Shown piece by piece: positions 25,876 through 34,777 of a stretch of DNA of 53,214 nt. The position numbers were made by a program, and so were the translations under genes. Under the pieces are notes generated by a model. The model was given only the letters and a program-made list of their open reading frames with translations, searched no databases and had not been told where the DNA came from. How positions within the stretch are numbered: position 1 is the stretch's first letter; each line of letters starts with the position of its first letter. Source of the stretch: Candidatus Binatia bacterium (lineage in GTDB: Bacteria > Desulfobacterota > Binatia > UBA9968); assembly GCA_041490745.1 (NCBI GenBank), contig JBGPTS010000002.1, positions 1 through 53,214 on the forward strand, written 5' to 3'.

Positions 25876-27908
25876 ATGCGGACCTGACGCTCATGGGTGT
25901 TCTCGTCAACGGCGCAATCGTGTGTTATCTCGCGGGCGCGCTCGCCGCGCTGTCGGGCAACGATCGCCGGGGACGCTTACTGGGAGCCTCGGGCGCGCTT
26001 TTGGGCGCGGTCTTTTCGTTGGGCCTCGGAGTTACGGCGCTCGCGACCGGCTCGGTCTTCATCGCCTCCTTCGACTTTCTTCCGTTAACCGGACTGGCGC
26101 TCCGCATCGATGGGCTAAGCGCGCCGTTCCTCATTCTGACCGGGCTTGTCGGAGCGGCTTCGGCGGTTTACGGCTTCGGATACTCGGCGGCGTACGAAAA
26201 TGTTTATTCCCTGCGCAAACTGGGCGCGCTGTTCAATCTCTTGCTCCTCACGCTCACGCTCCAGGTCATGGCCGACAACGCGCTGACGTTTCTCCTCCTA
26301 TGGGAAGCCGTGTCGTTGCTCGCGTATCTCCTGGTGCTGACGGAGCATCGCGAGCCGGCGACCGTTCGAGCAGCAAACTGGTACGTCGCGATCACGCACG
26401 TCGGATTCGCCGCGTTGCTGGCGATGTTTTTTCTCCTCGCGGCCGGCGACCCGACGGCCGGTTTCGATACGCTGCGCGCCAACGCGCCCAACGTGACGGC
26501 GCGGAACGTAATTTTTCTCCTCGCGCTGATCGGGTTCGGCGCCAAAGCCGGCATGATTCCGCTCCACGTCTGGCTCCCGATGGCCCACCCCGTTGCGCCG
26601 AGCCATGTCTCCGCGCTCATGTCGGGGGTCGTCATCAAGATGGGCATTTACGGCTTTTGCCGCGTCGCGCTCGATCTCATGGGCGGCGGCCCCGCCTGGT
26701 GGGGCGGCGCGGTTCTCGCGTTGGGAGTCGGGTCGGCTCTCTTCGGCGTCCTCTATGCTTTGATGGAGCACGATCTCAAACGTCTGCTCGCGTATCACTC
26801 GGTGGAGAATATCGGCATCATCTTCATCGGCATCGGCGCCGGATTGCTGTTTCAAAGTTACGGCTTGACGAAGTTGGCCGTCCTCGGCTTCGTGGCGGCT
26901 CTGTATCACGCCATCAATCACGCCTGCTTCAAGGGGCTGCTGTTTCTCGGCGCGGGTTCGGTTCTGCACGCGACCGGCACGAGAAATATGGAAGAGATGG
27001 GCGGCCTCATCAGGAAGATGCCGCGCACCGCGCTCGCGTTTCTGATCGGCGCCGCGGCGATTTCGGCGCTCCCGCCGCTCAACGGATTCGCCTCCGAGTG
27101 GCTTCTCTTCCAGACGCTGCTGGGCGGCGCGCAAATCCCCGAGCCGGCGGTTGCCTTGATGATACCGATCGCGGTCGCCCTGCTGGCGCTCACGGGCGGT
27201 CTTGCCATGGCTTGTTTCGTCAAGGCTTTCGGCATCACGTTTCTTGCGATCCCCCGCTCCCATGCGGCGGAGCAGGCGCATGAATCTCCTGGGTCGATGC
27301 AGGCGGGCATGGGAATTCTCGGATTCGCCTGCGTCGCTCTCGGATTGACTCCGTTCCTGGTGGTTCCCGTGTTGGGCCGCGCCCTTGCGGGGATCGGCGG
27401 GCTCCCTTCGGACGCGGCGCTCTTTTCGCTCGCGCTGCCGCTCGGCGTTCCCGGCACGTCCGGCTCGATGTCCTCTCCGTTTCTAGCCGCCGGTTTGCTG
27501 ATCCTCCTCGGACTTGTCGCGCTCGCGCTCCGGCTCGCCGGCGTAAATCGTCGAACCCGCGTCGGCGACACTTGGGGTTGCGGCAGGATCGCGCAGACGC
27601 CGAGGATGCAGTATACGGCTACGGCCTTCGCCGAGCCGCTTCGGCGCGTCTTTGCCGAACTCTATCGACCCACGAAAGATCTCTCGATCGATTTTCATCC
27701 GGAGTCTAAATACTTTGTCCAATCCATCGAGTATCAGAGCGAAATTCACCCTTGGTTTGAAAAGCTGCTCTATCAACCGCTGATCGGAATTTTTCATAGG
27801 ATCGCCGATCGTGTCCGCGGGATACAAGCTGGCTGGCTGGGCCTTTACCTGACCTACATGCTCGTCGGTCTTATCGCGTTACTGGTTTTTGCGTGGTGGA
27901 TGCCATGA
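25872..27908 (+). CDS. HyfB/HycC/NuoL-like antiporter-type membrane subunit
   Basis: 678 aa, polytopic. Proton-conducting-transporter motifs (WEAVSLLAYLLV, GAKAGMIPLHVWLPMAHP). GTGA overlap with the upstream gene. Confidence 0.85.
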   Translation: MNADLTLMGVLVNGAIVCYLAGALAALSGNDRRGRLLGASGALLGAVFSLGLGVTALATGSVFIASFDFLPLTGLALRIDGLSAPFLILTGLVGAASAVYGFGYSAAYENVYSLRKLGALFNLLLLTLTLQVMADNALTFLLLWEAVSLLAYLLVLTEHREPATVRAANWYVAITHVGFAALLAMFFLLAAGDPTAGFDTLRANAPNVTARNVIFLLALIGFGAKAGMIPLHVWLPMAHPVAPSHVSALMSGVVIKMGIYGFCRVALDLMGGGPAWWGGAVLALGVGSALFGVLYALMEHDLKRLLAYHSVENIGIIFIGIGAGLLFQSYGLTKLAVLGFVAALYHAINHACFKGLLFLGAGSVLHATGTRNMEEMGGLIRKMPRTALAFLIGAAAISALPPLNGFASEWLLFQTLLGGAQIPEPAVALMIPIAVALLALTGGLAMACFVKAFGITFLAIPRSHAAEQAHESPGSMQAGMGILGFACVALGLTPFLVVPVLGRALAGIGGLPSDAALFSLALPLGVPGTSGSMSSPFLAAGLLILLGLVALALRLAGVNRRTRVGDTWGCGRIAQTPRMQYTATAFAEPLRRVFAELYRPTKDLSIDFHPESKYFVQSIEYQSEIHPWFEKLLYQPLIGIFHRIADRVRGIQAGWLGLYLTYMLVGLIALLVFAWWMP

Positions 27909-28846
27909 GCCGCTGGTCGGTGGAAATTTTCCAGGTCGTCTTCGCGGTGTTGGTGGCGCCGGGGCTGGTGGGTTTGATCCGCTGGATCAAAGCGCGGCTG
28001 CAGAGTCGGCTGGGCGCGCCGGTGTGGCAGCCGTACTTCGAACTCAGGAAACTTTTTCACAAGGAAGCCGTGGTCTCGACCAACGCGTCGTGGCTTTTTC
28101 GCTTTGCGCCGTACGCCGTCTCCGCCAGCACACTCGCGATCGTCTTTCTTGTTCCGGTGCTCGTGGCGCCGCGCGGTTTAGATAGCGTGGGGGACCTGTT
28201 CGTCGTCGTTTATTTGCTCCTGCTCGGAACCTTTTGGCTCGCGCTCGCCGGCCTCGATCCGGGGTCGGCCTTCGGCGGCATGGGCTCGAGCCGCGAGGTC
28301 ACCGTCGCCGCGCTCGCCGAGCCGACCACCGCCACGGCGATTTTCTCGCTGGCGCTCGGGGCCGGCTCGACCAATCTTGGAGCGATCGTTGTCGCGACGC
28401 TGAACGATCCCTGGACGGTATTGACGCCGGGCCACCTGCTGGCTTTTGCCGCGCTTTTTATCGTCGCCGTCGCCGAGACGGGCCGGCTTCCCGTCGACAA
28501 CCCGTCGACGCACCTGGAGCTGACGATGATTCACGAGGCGATGATCCTCGAATATTCCGGCCGATATCTCGCCCTGCTCGAATGGGCGGCGTGGCTGAAA
28601 CTTTTCATCTTCGTCTCGCTGCTCGCGAATCTGTTTTTTCCCTGGGGTATTGCAACGACGCTCACGCTGAGCGCGCTCTCGTGGGCTGCGATCGCGTTGC
28701 TCGTGAAGCTTCTGCTTCTCGCCATCGTGATCGCCGTGATGGAAACCCGCGTCGCCAAGCTCAGACTGTTTAGAGTGCCGGAGCTGCTCACCGCGTCGTT
28801 CCTGCTGGCCCTGCTTGCGATCACATCGTCGTTTCTCTTGAGGTAA
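27893..28846 (+). CDS. HycD/HyfC/NuoH-like membrane subunit
   Basis: 317 aa with about 8 TM helices. ETGRLPVDNPSTHLELTMIHEAMILEYSG is the NuoH/HycD signature region. Confidence 0.85.
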   Translation: MVDAMSRWSVEIFQVVFAVLVAPGLVGLIRWIKARLQSRLGAPVWQPYFELRKLFHKEAVVSTNASWLFRFAPYAVSASTLAIVFLVPVLVAPRGLDSVGDLFVVVYLLLLGTFWLALAGLDPGSAFGGMGSSREVTVAALAEPTTATAIFSLALGAGSTNLGAIVVATLNDPWTVLTPGHLLAFAALFIVAVAETGRLPVDNPSTHLELTMIHEAMILEYSGRYLALLEWAAWLKLFIFVSLLANLFFPWGIATTLTLSALSWAAIALLVKLLLLAIVIAVMETRVAKLRLFRVPELLTASFLLALLAITSSFLLR

Positions 28847-28849
28847 GAC

Positions 28850-29506
28850 ATGAGCCCGCTTTTTTCACAATTGGCCGTGCTGGGATCGAGCCTGACGCTC
28901 ATTTTCGCGCTGATGCTTTTGTGGCACCGCAGCGTTCATGCCTACACCACCGCCTTCATGTGGCAGTCGGTGGTTTTGGCCGCGATCGCCGCCGTCGTCG
29001 CCTACTTCGAGCGCGAGACCGAGCTGTACTTTGTCGCGGCGATGTTTCTGTTGTTGAAAGGATGGCTCATTCCGCGGCTCTTGCGCCGGATGGAAGAGCC
29101 GTTCGGCGCCGAGCAGGAGCTTCAACCTTACGTCAATACGGCGACCTCGCTGCTCGTCTGCGGTCTGCTCGTGTTGTTCGCCTACGCGGTGTGTCGCCCG
29201 GTCGTCGCATTGAGCCGCCTCCCGACCCGCGCGGGCATGCCTCTGGCGCTCGGCCTCATCTTCGTCAGCCTATTTGTCATCGCGAGCCGCAAGAAAGCCC
29301 TCACGCAGGTGATCGGGTTTCTCATGTTGGAAAACGGCATCGCCCTTCTCGCCGTGCTCGGGACTTACGGCATTCCCTTCGTCGTCGAGATCGGCGTCTT
29401 TCTGGATTTGTTGCTCGGCTTCATGGTGATGCAACTATTCATCTACCGCATTCGCGAGACGTTCGAGAGCATCGATGTCGAGCAACTCGGGAGACTGAGG
29501 CATTGA
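28850..29506 (+). CDS. HyfE-like (NuoK-related) membrane subunit
   Basis: 218 aa. GFLMLENGIALLAV is the NuoK-like motif. Its position matches the hyf gene order. Confidence 0.75.
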   Translation: MSPLFSQLAVLGSSLTLIFALMLLWHRSVHAYTTAFMWQSVVLAAIAAVVAYFERETELYFVAAMFLLLKGWLIPRLLRRMEEPFGAEQELQPYVNTATSLLVCGLLVLFAYAVCRPVVALSRLPTRAGMPLALGLIFVSLFVIASRKKALTQVIGFLMLENGIALLAVLGTYGIPFVVEIGVFLDLLLGFMVMQLFIYRIRETFESIDVEQLGRLRH

Positions 29507-29522
29507 CGGGAGGCGGCGCATC

Positions 29523-30977
29523 GTGATTTTTCTCCTGCTCTTGTTTCCGCCGCTTTTGGCGGCGGCCCTCGCCGCTCTGGTAAAACCGTACCGCGGCTGG
29601 GTCGGTTGGATCACCGCGGCGTTGTCCTTCGCTCCTCTGGGCGCGGCGCTGTCGATTTGCGCGCGCGTGCTGGAGGGGGAAGTCTTGACGTCGGGCGCGG
29701 GAGAATTCTTGCGCGCCGACGGGCTTTCGGCTCTTCTCGCCCTCTGCATCGGTTTTGTCGCCGCGCTGGCGGCGTGGCTCGGTCCGGGGCTGGCCGTGGA
29801 CGACGGCTACGACGCGGCGGAGCGCCGGAGCTATCGCGTCTTCTCGAATTTGTTTGCGTTCACCATGCTCCTCGCGGTCACGGCGCACAACGTGGGCGTG
29901 ATGTGGGTGGCCGTGGAGGCGACGACCATCACGTCCGCGATGCTCATTCCGCTCCATATCACGAAGGCGTCGGTGGAAGCGTCGTGGAAGTACATACTGA
30001 TCGGCTCGGTCGGCATCGCCCTGGCATTCGTCGGAACGGTCTTGGCCTACTTCGATTTCGTCAACCTCGCCGGCGAGCAGCCTACCGCGCTCAACTGGAC
30101 CTCGCTCCTCCACTCCGCGCCCGTCCTCCACGACGCGGTGCTCAAGCTCGCGTTTGTTTTCATTCTGATCGGTTACGGGACCAAGGCCGGCCTTGCACCC
30201 ATGCACACATGGCTGCCGGACGCCCACTCCGAATCGCCGTCGGCGCTCTCGGCGATGATGTCCGGCGTTTTGCTCGCGGTGGCGATTTACGCGATCGTGC
30301 GCTGGAAGATCGTCGTCGATGCCGCCGTCGGGCCGGCGTTTACCAACCGGCTCCTCATCGCGCTGAGCCTCCTGTCGCTCGCGATCGCCGCGTTCAGTCT
30401 GATCGGCCAGCGCAATTACAAGCGGATGCTGGCGTATTCGAGTATCGAGCACACCGGTCTCACCTGCCTGGGCCTGGCGCTCGGTCCGCTGGGAATATTC
30501 GCCGCCATGCTGCACATGGTCAATCATACGGTGACCAAATCGATGATGTTTCTGCTCGCCGGGCGCGTTCAACAGCGGTACCGATCGACCGAGATCGCCG
30601 AGGCGACCGGTCTCGCGGGAACGATGCCGGTCACGGCGGGCTTTTTCGCCGCGGGAATGTTCGCGATCGCGGGCCTGCCGCCGTTCGGGCTGTTTATTTC
30701 CGAATTTGCTCTGGTGCGCGCCGGTTTTGCCGCCGGGCGAGCGTGGCTCATGGCCGCGGTGCTCGTGCTGGTCGTCGTGGCGTTCACGGCGCTCGTGACG
30801 CATTTGAACCGCATGCTCTACGGGACGCCGCCCCAGTCGATTTTTGTCGGAGAACGGGAGCGCTGGGCGCTCGTGCCGCCGGCGCTCTGCCTGCTGATTC
30901 TGCTGATTCTGGGTTTGATGTTGCCCGAGCCGTTCAGCCGGTTGCTCAACAAGGTCGTGGAGATCGCCGCGCCATGA
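29523..30977 (+). CDS. HyfF/NuoM-N-like antiporter-type membrane subunit
   Basis: 484 aa. GYGTKAGLAPMHTWLPDAHSESP and YSSIEHTG motifs. Confidence 0.85.
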   Translation: MIFLLLLFPPLLAAALAALVKPYRGWVGWITAALSFAPLGAALSICARVLEGEVLTSGAGEFLRADGLSALLALCIGFVAALAAWLGPGLAVDDGYDAAERRSYRVFSNLFAFTMLLAVTAHNVGVMWVAVEATTITSAMLIPLHITKASVEASWKYILIGSVGIALAFVGTVLAYFDFVNLAGEQPTALNWTSLLHSAPVLHDAVLKLAFVFILIGYGTKAGLAPMHTWLPDAHSESPSALSAMMSGVLLAVAIYAIVRWKIVVDAAVGPAFTNRLLIALSLLSLAIAAFSLIGQRNYKRMLAYSSIEHTGLTCLGLALGPLGIFAAMLHMVNHTVTKSMMFLLAGRVQQRYRSTEIAEATGLAGTMPVTAGFFAAGMFAIAGLPPFGLFISEFALVRAGFAAGRAWLMAAVLVLVVVAFTALVTHLNRMLYGTPPQSIFVGERERWALVPPALCLLILLILGLMLPEPFSRLLNKVVEIAAP

Positions 30978-32551
30978 AGGATTTCGGCTCGATCGTCGAA
31001 TCATTGGAGCGAGTCTTATCGGGGCGCGCGACTTCGTGCCGGATCGCGCGTGGCAACGAGCTTCATTGCCGCGTCGATCGGATCGCCGTCCGGGATCTGT
31101 TCGAAACGCTGAGCCGAACGTTCGGCGCCGAACTCATGCTCATGGTGGGAAACGACCGCCGCGAGGACCGGGGCGGCTTCGAAATCCATTACTTGTTTGC
31201 CCACCCGCGAGAAAATTGGTTCGTCGACGCGGCCGTGCCGGTGGCGGCGGACGATCCGGCAATCGATTCGCTGGGAACGGTCTGTTACCCCGCGTCCCGA
31301 TTCGAGCGCGAGATCTTCGATCTCTTCGGTATTGTTGCGACGGGCCACCCCGATCCGCGTCCGCTGGTGCGCCACGGATTTTGGCCCAGGGATTATTTCC
31401 CGCTCAGAAAAGACGCGCGCCCGAGAGAGTTCGCGGACGACGGCCGGCCATTCCCGTTCCAGGAAGTCGGCGGCGAGGGCGTGTACGAGATTCCCGTCGG
31501 GCCGGTGCACGCCGGCGTGATCGAGCCGGGACATTTTCGTTTCAGCGTCGTCGGCGAAACCATCATCGACATGAAGGCGCGCTTTTACTTCACGCACAAG
31601 GGAACCGAGAAGCTGTTCGAGGGACGGACGCCCTTCGAAGGCGTCGAACTCGGCGAGCGTATCTCGGGGGACACCACGATCGGGCATGCTCTCGCATACT
31701 GCCAGGCGATCGAGTCGTTGAGCGAAGTCGCCGTGCCGCCGCGCGCGCGCTATCTTCGCGCGGTTCTTTTGGAGCTGGAGCGACTCTACAATCACGTCGC
31801 CGATTTCGGCATGATCGCCAACGATACGGGTTTTGCCTTCGCGCACTCGCACTGCTTCAGGATCCGCGAGCGGCTGCTCCGGCTCAACAAGCGCTTGACC
31901 GGCAACCGTCTTATGCGCGGCAGCCTGATTCCCGGGGGCGTCGTCCGGGACTTGCCGCTGGATTTCGACCTTGCCGGCGAGGTCGAGTCGGCGCTCGCGG
32001 ATTTCCACGAGATCGCCGAGATTACTCTTGCGAACGGAATGGTCACCGATCGTCTGGAAGGCACGGGTCGCCTCGCGACGGCGACGGCGCGCGATCACGG
32101 CGTCGTCGGCTTTGTGGCGCGCGCGTCCGGCATCGATGCCGATGCGCGGCGCGACCACCCTTTTGCCGCCTACGGCGAGCTCAAGTTCCGTGTCCCGGTG
32201 CTCGAATCCGGCGACGTCAAAGCGAGGACGCTCGCGCGCGTGGCAGAGACGCGCGAGTCGGCGCGACTTATTCGTCAAGCGATCGAGCGGCTGCCTGCGG
32301 GAGCGCTGTCGGTCCCATTGAACGCGCTCCCGGCTTTCGAGCCGGCCTTTTCCGTCGTCGAGGGCTGGCGCGGCGCGATCGTTCATTGGCTCATGGCGGA
32401 CGCGAGCGGGAGACTCTATCGCGTGAAGATCACGGACCCATCGTTTAGAAACTGGCGCTCGCTTTCCTACGCGCTGCTGAAAAACATCGTTCCCGATTTT
32501 CCCCTCTGCAACAAGTCGTACAACCAGTCGTATTCAGGCAATGATCTCTAG
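30974..32551 (+). CDS. fused NuoC-NuoD / HycE-like 'large subunit' lacking all four Ni-Fe cysteine ligands
   Basis: The ATG at 30974 makes an ATGA overlap with the upstream stop. IPVGPVHAGVIEPGHFRF core. ERISGDTTIGH replaces RxCGxCxxxH. The C-terminus NQSYSGNDL* replaces DPCxxCxxR. Only the last 525 codons of the listed 981-aa ORF are genuine. Confidence 0.85.
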   Translation: MKDFGSIVESLERVLSGRATSCRIARGNELHCRVDRIAVRDLFETLSRTFGAELMLMVGNDRREDRGGFEIHYLFAHPRENWFVDAAVPVAADDPAIDSLGTVCYPASRFEREIFDLFGIVATGHPDPRPLVRHGFWPRDYFPLRKDARPREFADDGRPFPFQEVGGEGVYEIPVGPVHAGVIEPGHFRFSVVGETIIDMKARFYFTHKGTEKLFEGRTPFEGVELGERISGDTTIGHALAYCQAIESLSEVAVPPRARYLRAVLLELERLYNHVADFGMIANDTGFAFAHSHCFRIRERLLRLNKRLTGNRLMRGSLIPGGVVRDLPLDFDLAGEVESALADFHEIAEITLANGMVTDRLEGTGRLATATARDHGVVGFVARASGIDADARRDHPFAAYGELKFRVPVLESGDVKARTLARVAETRESARLIRQAIERLPAGALSVPLNALPAFEPAFSVVEGWRGAIVHWLMADASGRLYRVKITDPSFRNWRSLSYALLKNIVPDFPLCNKSYNQSYSGNDL

Positions 32552-32571
32552 AGCGGACGGGCGCCGCCACG

Positions 32572-33126
32572 TTGCGCAACGCTCTTTGGAATGCTAAGCG
32601 AAGGAACTGTTCTTTTGGAACCCACGTGAACTTTCTCGCCGTCTTAGAGAACGCGAATCTCTGGCTCCATCTCCTTGCCGCGTCCGTTTGGGTCGGCGGA
32701 ATGATCTTCTTTCTCTTTGTCTTCGGTCCCGCGGCGCGCAGCCTCGCGCCGTCCGAGCGCTTGCGCGCGCTCGACCACGGGCGCGAATCGTTCCAAATGT
32801 TGTCGTGGATCGCGATCCTTCTTCTGTTTCTCACCGGCGCGCTGAATGTTTACTTTCGCGCCGCGGCGGGCGGCAGTCATTTCGGTCCGGGTTATTATTC
32901 GATTCTCGGCATCAAGCTGCTGCTCTTTGTCGCGATGATTTTTCATCACTCGCTGCAGGCGTTCAAATACGGGCCGAGACTCGCGTCCGCGAAAATCGAG
33001 GACACCGGCGGCGCATGGCCGGAGCCTCTCGTCGCCGCCGAGAAAAAATGGTTCACGCTCTTGAAAATCAACATGACCCTCGGCGTGATCGTGTTGCTGC
33101 TTGGCTGGGGTCTCGCCGGAAAATAA
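32572..33126 (+). CDS. 4-TM membrane protein, weakly CopD-like (start TTG 32572 or GTG 32626)
   Basis: NLWLHLLAASVWVGGMIFF resembles the CopD-family first helix. The stop lies 2 nt before the ggt ATG. Confidence 0.45.
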   Translation: MRNALWNAKRRNCSFGTHVNFLAVLENANLWLHLLAASVWVGGMIFFLFVFGPAARSLAPSERLRALDHGRESFQMLSWIAILLLFLTGALNVYFRAAAGGSHFGPGYYSILGIKLLLFVAMIFHHSLQAFKYGPRLASAKIEDTGGAWPEPLVAAEKKWFTLLKINMTLGVIVLLLGWGLAGK

Positions 33127-33128
33127 AA

Positions 33129-34715
33129 ATGGCGAACACATTCACCGCGGGCCGCTCGATGCCGGTGGGACGGCGCGGCATGGTCGTCTCGTCGCAGCCG
33201 CTCGCGACGCAGGCGGGGCTGGAGGTCTTGAAGCGCGGCGGCAATGCCGCCGACGCGACCGTGGCGATGGCCGCGGTGCTGAACGTGGTCGAGCCCATGT
33301 CCACGGGCATCGGCGGCGACGCGTTCGTTTTGATCTATGTCGCCAAGACCGGAGGGATCCAGGCGCTGAACGCCAGCGGACGCGCGCCGTACGCCGCGAC
33401 GCTCGATTATTTTCGAAAGAAAAAGATCGCCGCCGTTCCCGACGCCGGCATGCTGCCGGTCACCGTGCCCGGCGCGCTCGACGGCTGGGCGCTCGTCGCC
33501 GAGCGCTACGGTACGCGGAGCTTGGGAGATTTGCTTCAGCCGGCGATCGACTACGCGGAGAAAGGTTTTCCCGTGGCCGAGAAAACCGCCCACGAATGGG
33601 CCAAGGCGGCGGAGAAATTATCCGCTCACGCGAATTCCGCGGCCGGCTATCTCGTGAACGGCCGCGCGCCGCGCGCGGGAGAAATTTTTCGCCAGCAAAA
33701 TCTCGCCGCGAGCCTTAAGAAAATTGCCGCCGAAGGAAAACAAGTTTTCTACGGCGGCGAGCTGGCCGAAGAGATCGTCCGGTTTTCCGAGCAAAACGGC
33801 GGCCTGTTGTCGCTCAAAGACTTCAAAGACCATACCTCCGCCTGGGTCGAGCCGATCAAGACCTTTTATAAAGGATACGAAATCGTCGAGATACCGCCGA
33901 ACACGCAGGGAATGACCGTGCTCCAGATGCTGAACATGCTGGAGCGCTTCGATATCCGCGCGCTCGGCTTCGGCAGCGCCGCCTACATTCACTTGCTCGT
34001 CGAGATCAAAAAACTCGCCTTCGCCGACCGCGACGCTTACCTCGCCGACCCGGAGGCCGTCCACGTGCCGGTCGAGAAATTAATCGGCAAATCTTACGCC
34101 GCCGAGAGGGCGAAGCGGATCGATCCGGACCGCGCGCGGGAATATTCTCCCGGCCTCGGCGCGGTGTCGGGCGACACGCAGGTCTTTTGCGCCGTGGACA
34201 AGGACGGCAACGCGGTCGCGTTCATCAACAGTCTCTTCGAGAGCTTCGGTTGCGGCCTCGTCGGCGGCGACACCGGCGTCATGCTGCAAAACCGCGGCAA
34301 GCTCTTCTCGCTCGATCCCAAACATCCCAATTGCATCGCGCCGCGCAAGCGCTCACAGCACACGATCATGCCGGCGATGGTGTTCAAGGACAAAAAGCCG
34401 TTTCTGATTTTCGGCGTCACCGGCGCGCACATGCAACCGCAAGGACAGGTGCAGGTGCTGGCGAATTTGATCGATTTCGAGATGCCGCTGCAAGCGGCGA
34501 TGGACGCGCCGCGCGTCAATCACATCGAGGGCTTCGACGTCGCGCTCGAAGCCGGTTTTTCAACGGCGGCGCATGAGGAATTGAAGCGCAAGGGGCACAA
34601 AATCTTAAGCGAAGCCAACTTCGGCGGCAGCCAGGGAATTCTGATTCATCCCGAATTCGGCACGCTCGCCGGCGGCTCCGACCCGCGCAAGGACGGCTGC
34701 GCGATGGGATACTGA
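33129..34715 (+). CDS. ggt: gamma-glutamyltransferase family protein, no signal peptide
   Basis: ATG at 33129 (MANTFTAGRSMPVGRRGMVVSSQPLAT). Ntn autoprocessing site GDTQVF. PRKRSQHTIMP and GGSDPRKDG motifs. Confidence 0.9.
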   Translation: MANTFTAGRSMPVGRRGMVVSSQPLATQAGLEVLKRGGNAADATVAMAAVLNVVEPMSTGIGGDAFVLIYVAKTGGIQALNASGRAPYAATLDYFRKKKIAAVPDAGMLPVTVPGALDGWALVAERYGTRSLGDLLQPAIDYAEKGFPVAEKTAHEWAKAAEKLSAHANSAAGYLVNGRAPRAGEIFRQQNLAASLKKIAAEGKQVFYGGELAEEIVRFSEQNGGLLSLKDFKDHTSAWVEPIKTFYKGYEIVEIPPNTQGMTVLQMLNMLERFDIRALGFGSAAYIHLLVEIKKLAFADRDAYLADPEAVHVPVEKLIGKSYAAERAKRIDPDRAREYSPGLGAVSGDTQVFCAVDKDGNAVAFINSLFESFGCGLVGGDTGVMLQNRGKLFSLDPKHPNCIAPRKRSQHTIMPAMVFKDKKPFLIFGVTGAHMQPQGQVQVLANLIDFEMPLQAAMDAPRVNHIEGFDVALEAGFSTAAHEELKRKGHKILSEANFGGSQGILIHPEFGTLAGGSDPRKDGCAMGY

Positions 34716-34777
34716 CTCGTTACTCGTGATCGTGGCTCGTGTTCGTAAACGAGCACGAACACGAAACACGAGCACGG
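34716..34777 (+). repeat. CACGA/TCGTG-rich REP-like element (short form) between convergent stops
   Basis: ctcgttactcgtgatcgtggctcgtgttcgtaaacgagcacgaacacgaaacacgagcacgg. Both arms match the 24036-24134 element in opposite orientation. Confidence 0.75.

Noticed and set aside
29606-32551. 981-aa ORF that would be the largest protein in the hydrogenase-like operon.
   Set aside because: The first ~455 codons are an alternative frame of the HyfF-like gene (Arg/Gly-rich nonsense). The real HycE-like protein begins at ATG 30974, which makes an ATGA overlap with the HyfF-like stop.
25363-32551. Annotating the operon as formate hydrogenlyase, hydrogenase-4 or Ech, that is, a true group 4 [NiFe] hydrogenase.
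   Set aside because: The large-subunit homolog has Ser/Thr and Ser/Gly at the four Ni-Fe cysteine positions. There are no HycF/HyfA/HyfH ferredoxins, formate dehydrogenase, HycI or hyp genes in the window. It is therefore hydrogenase-like, not a hydrogenase.
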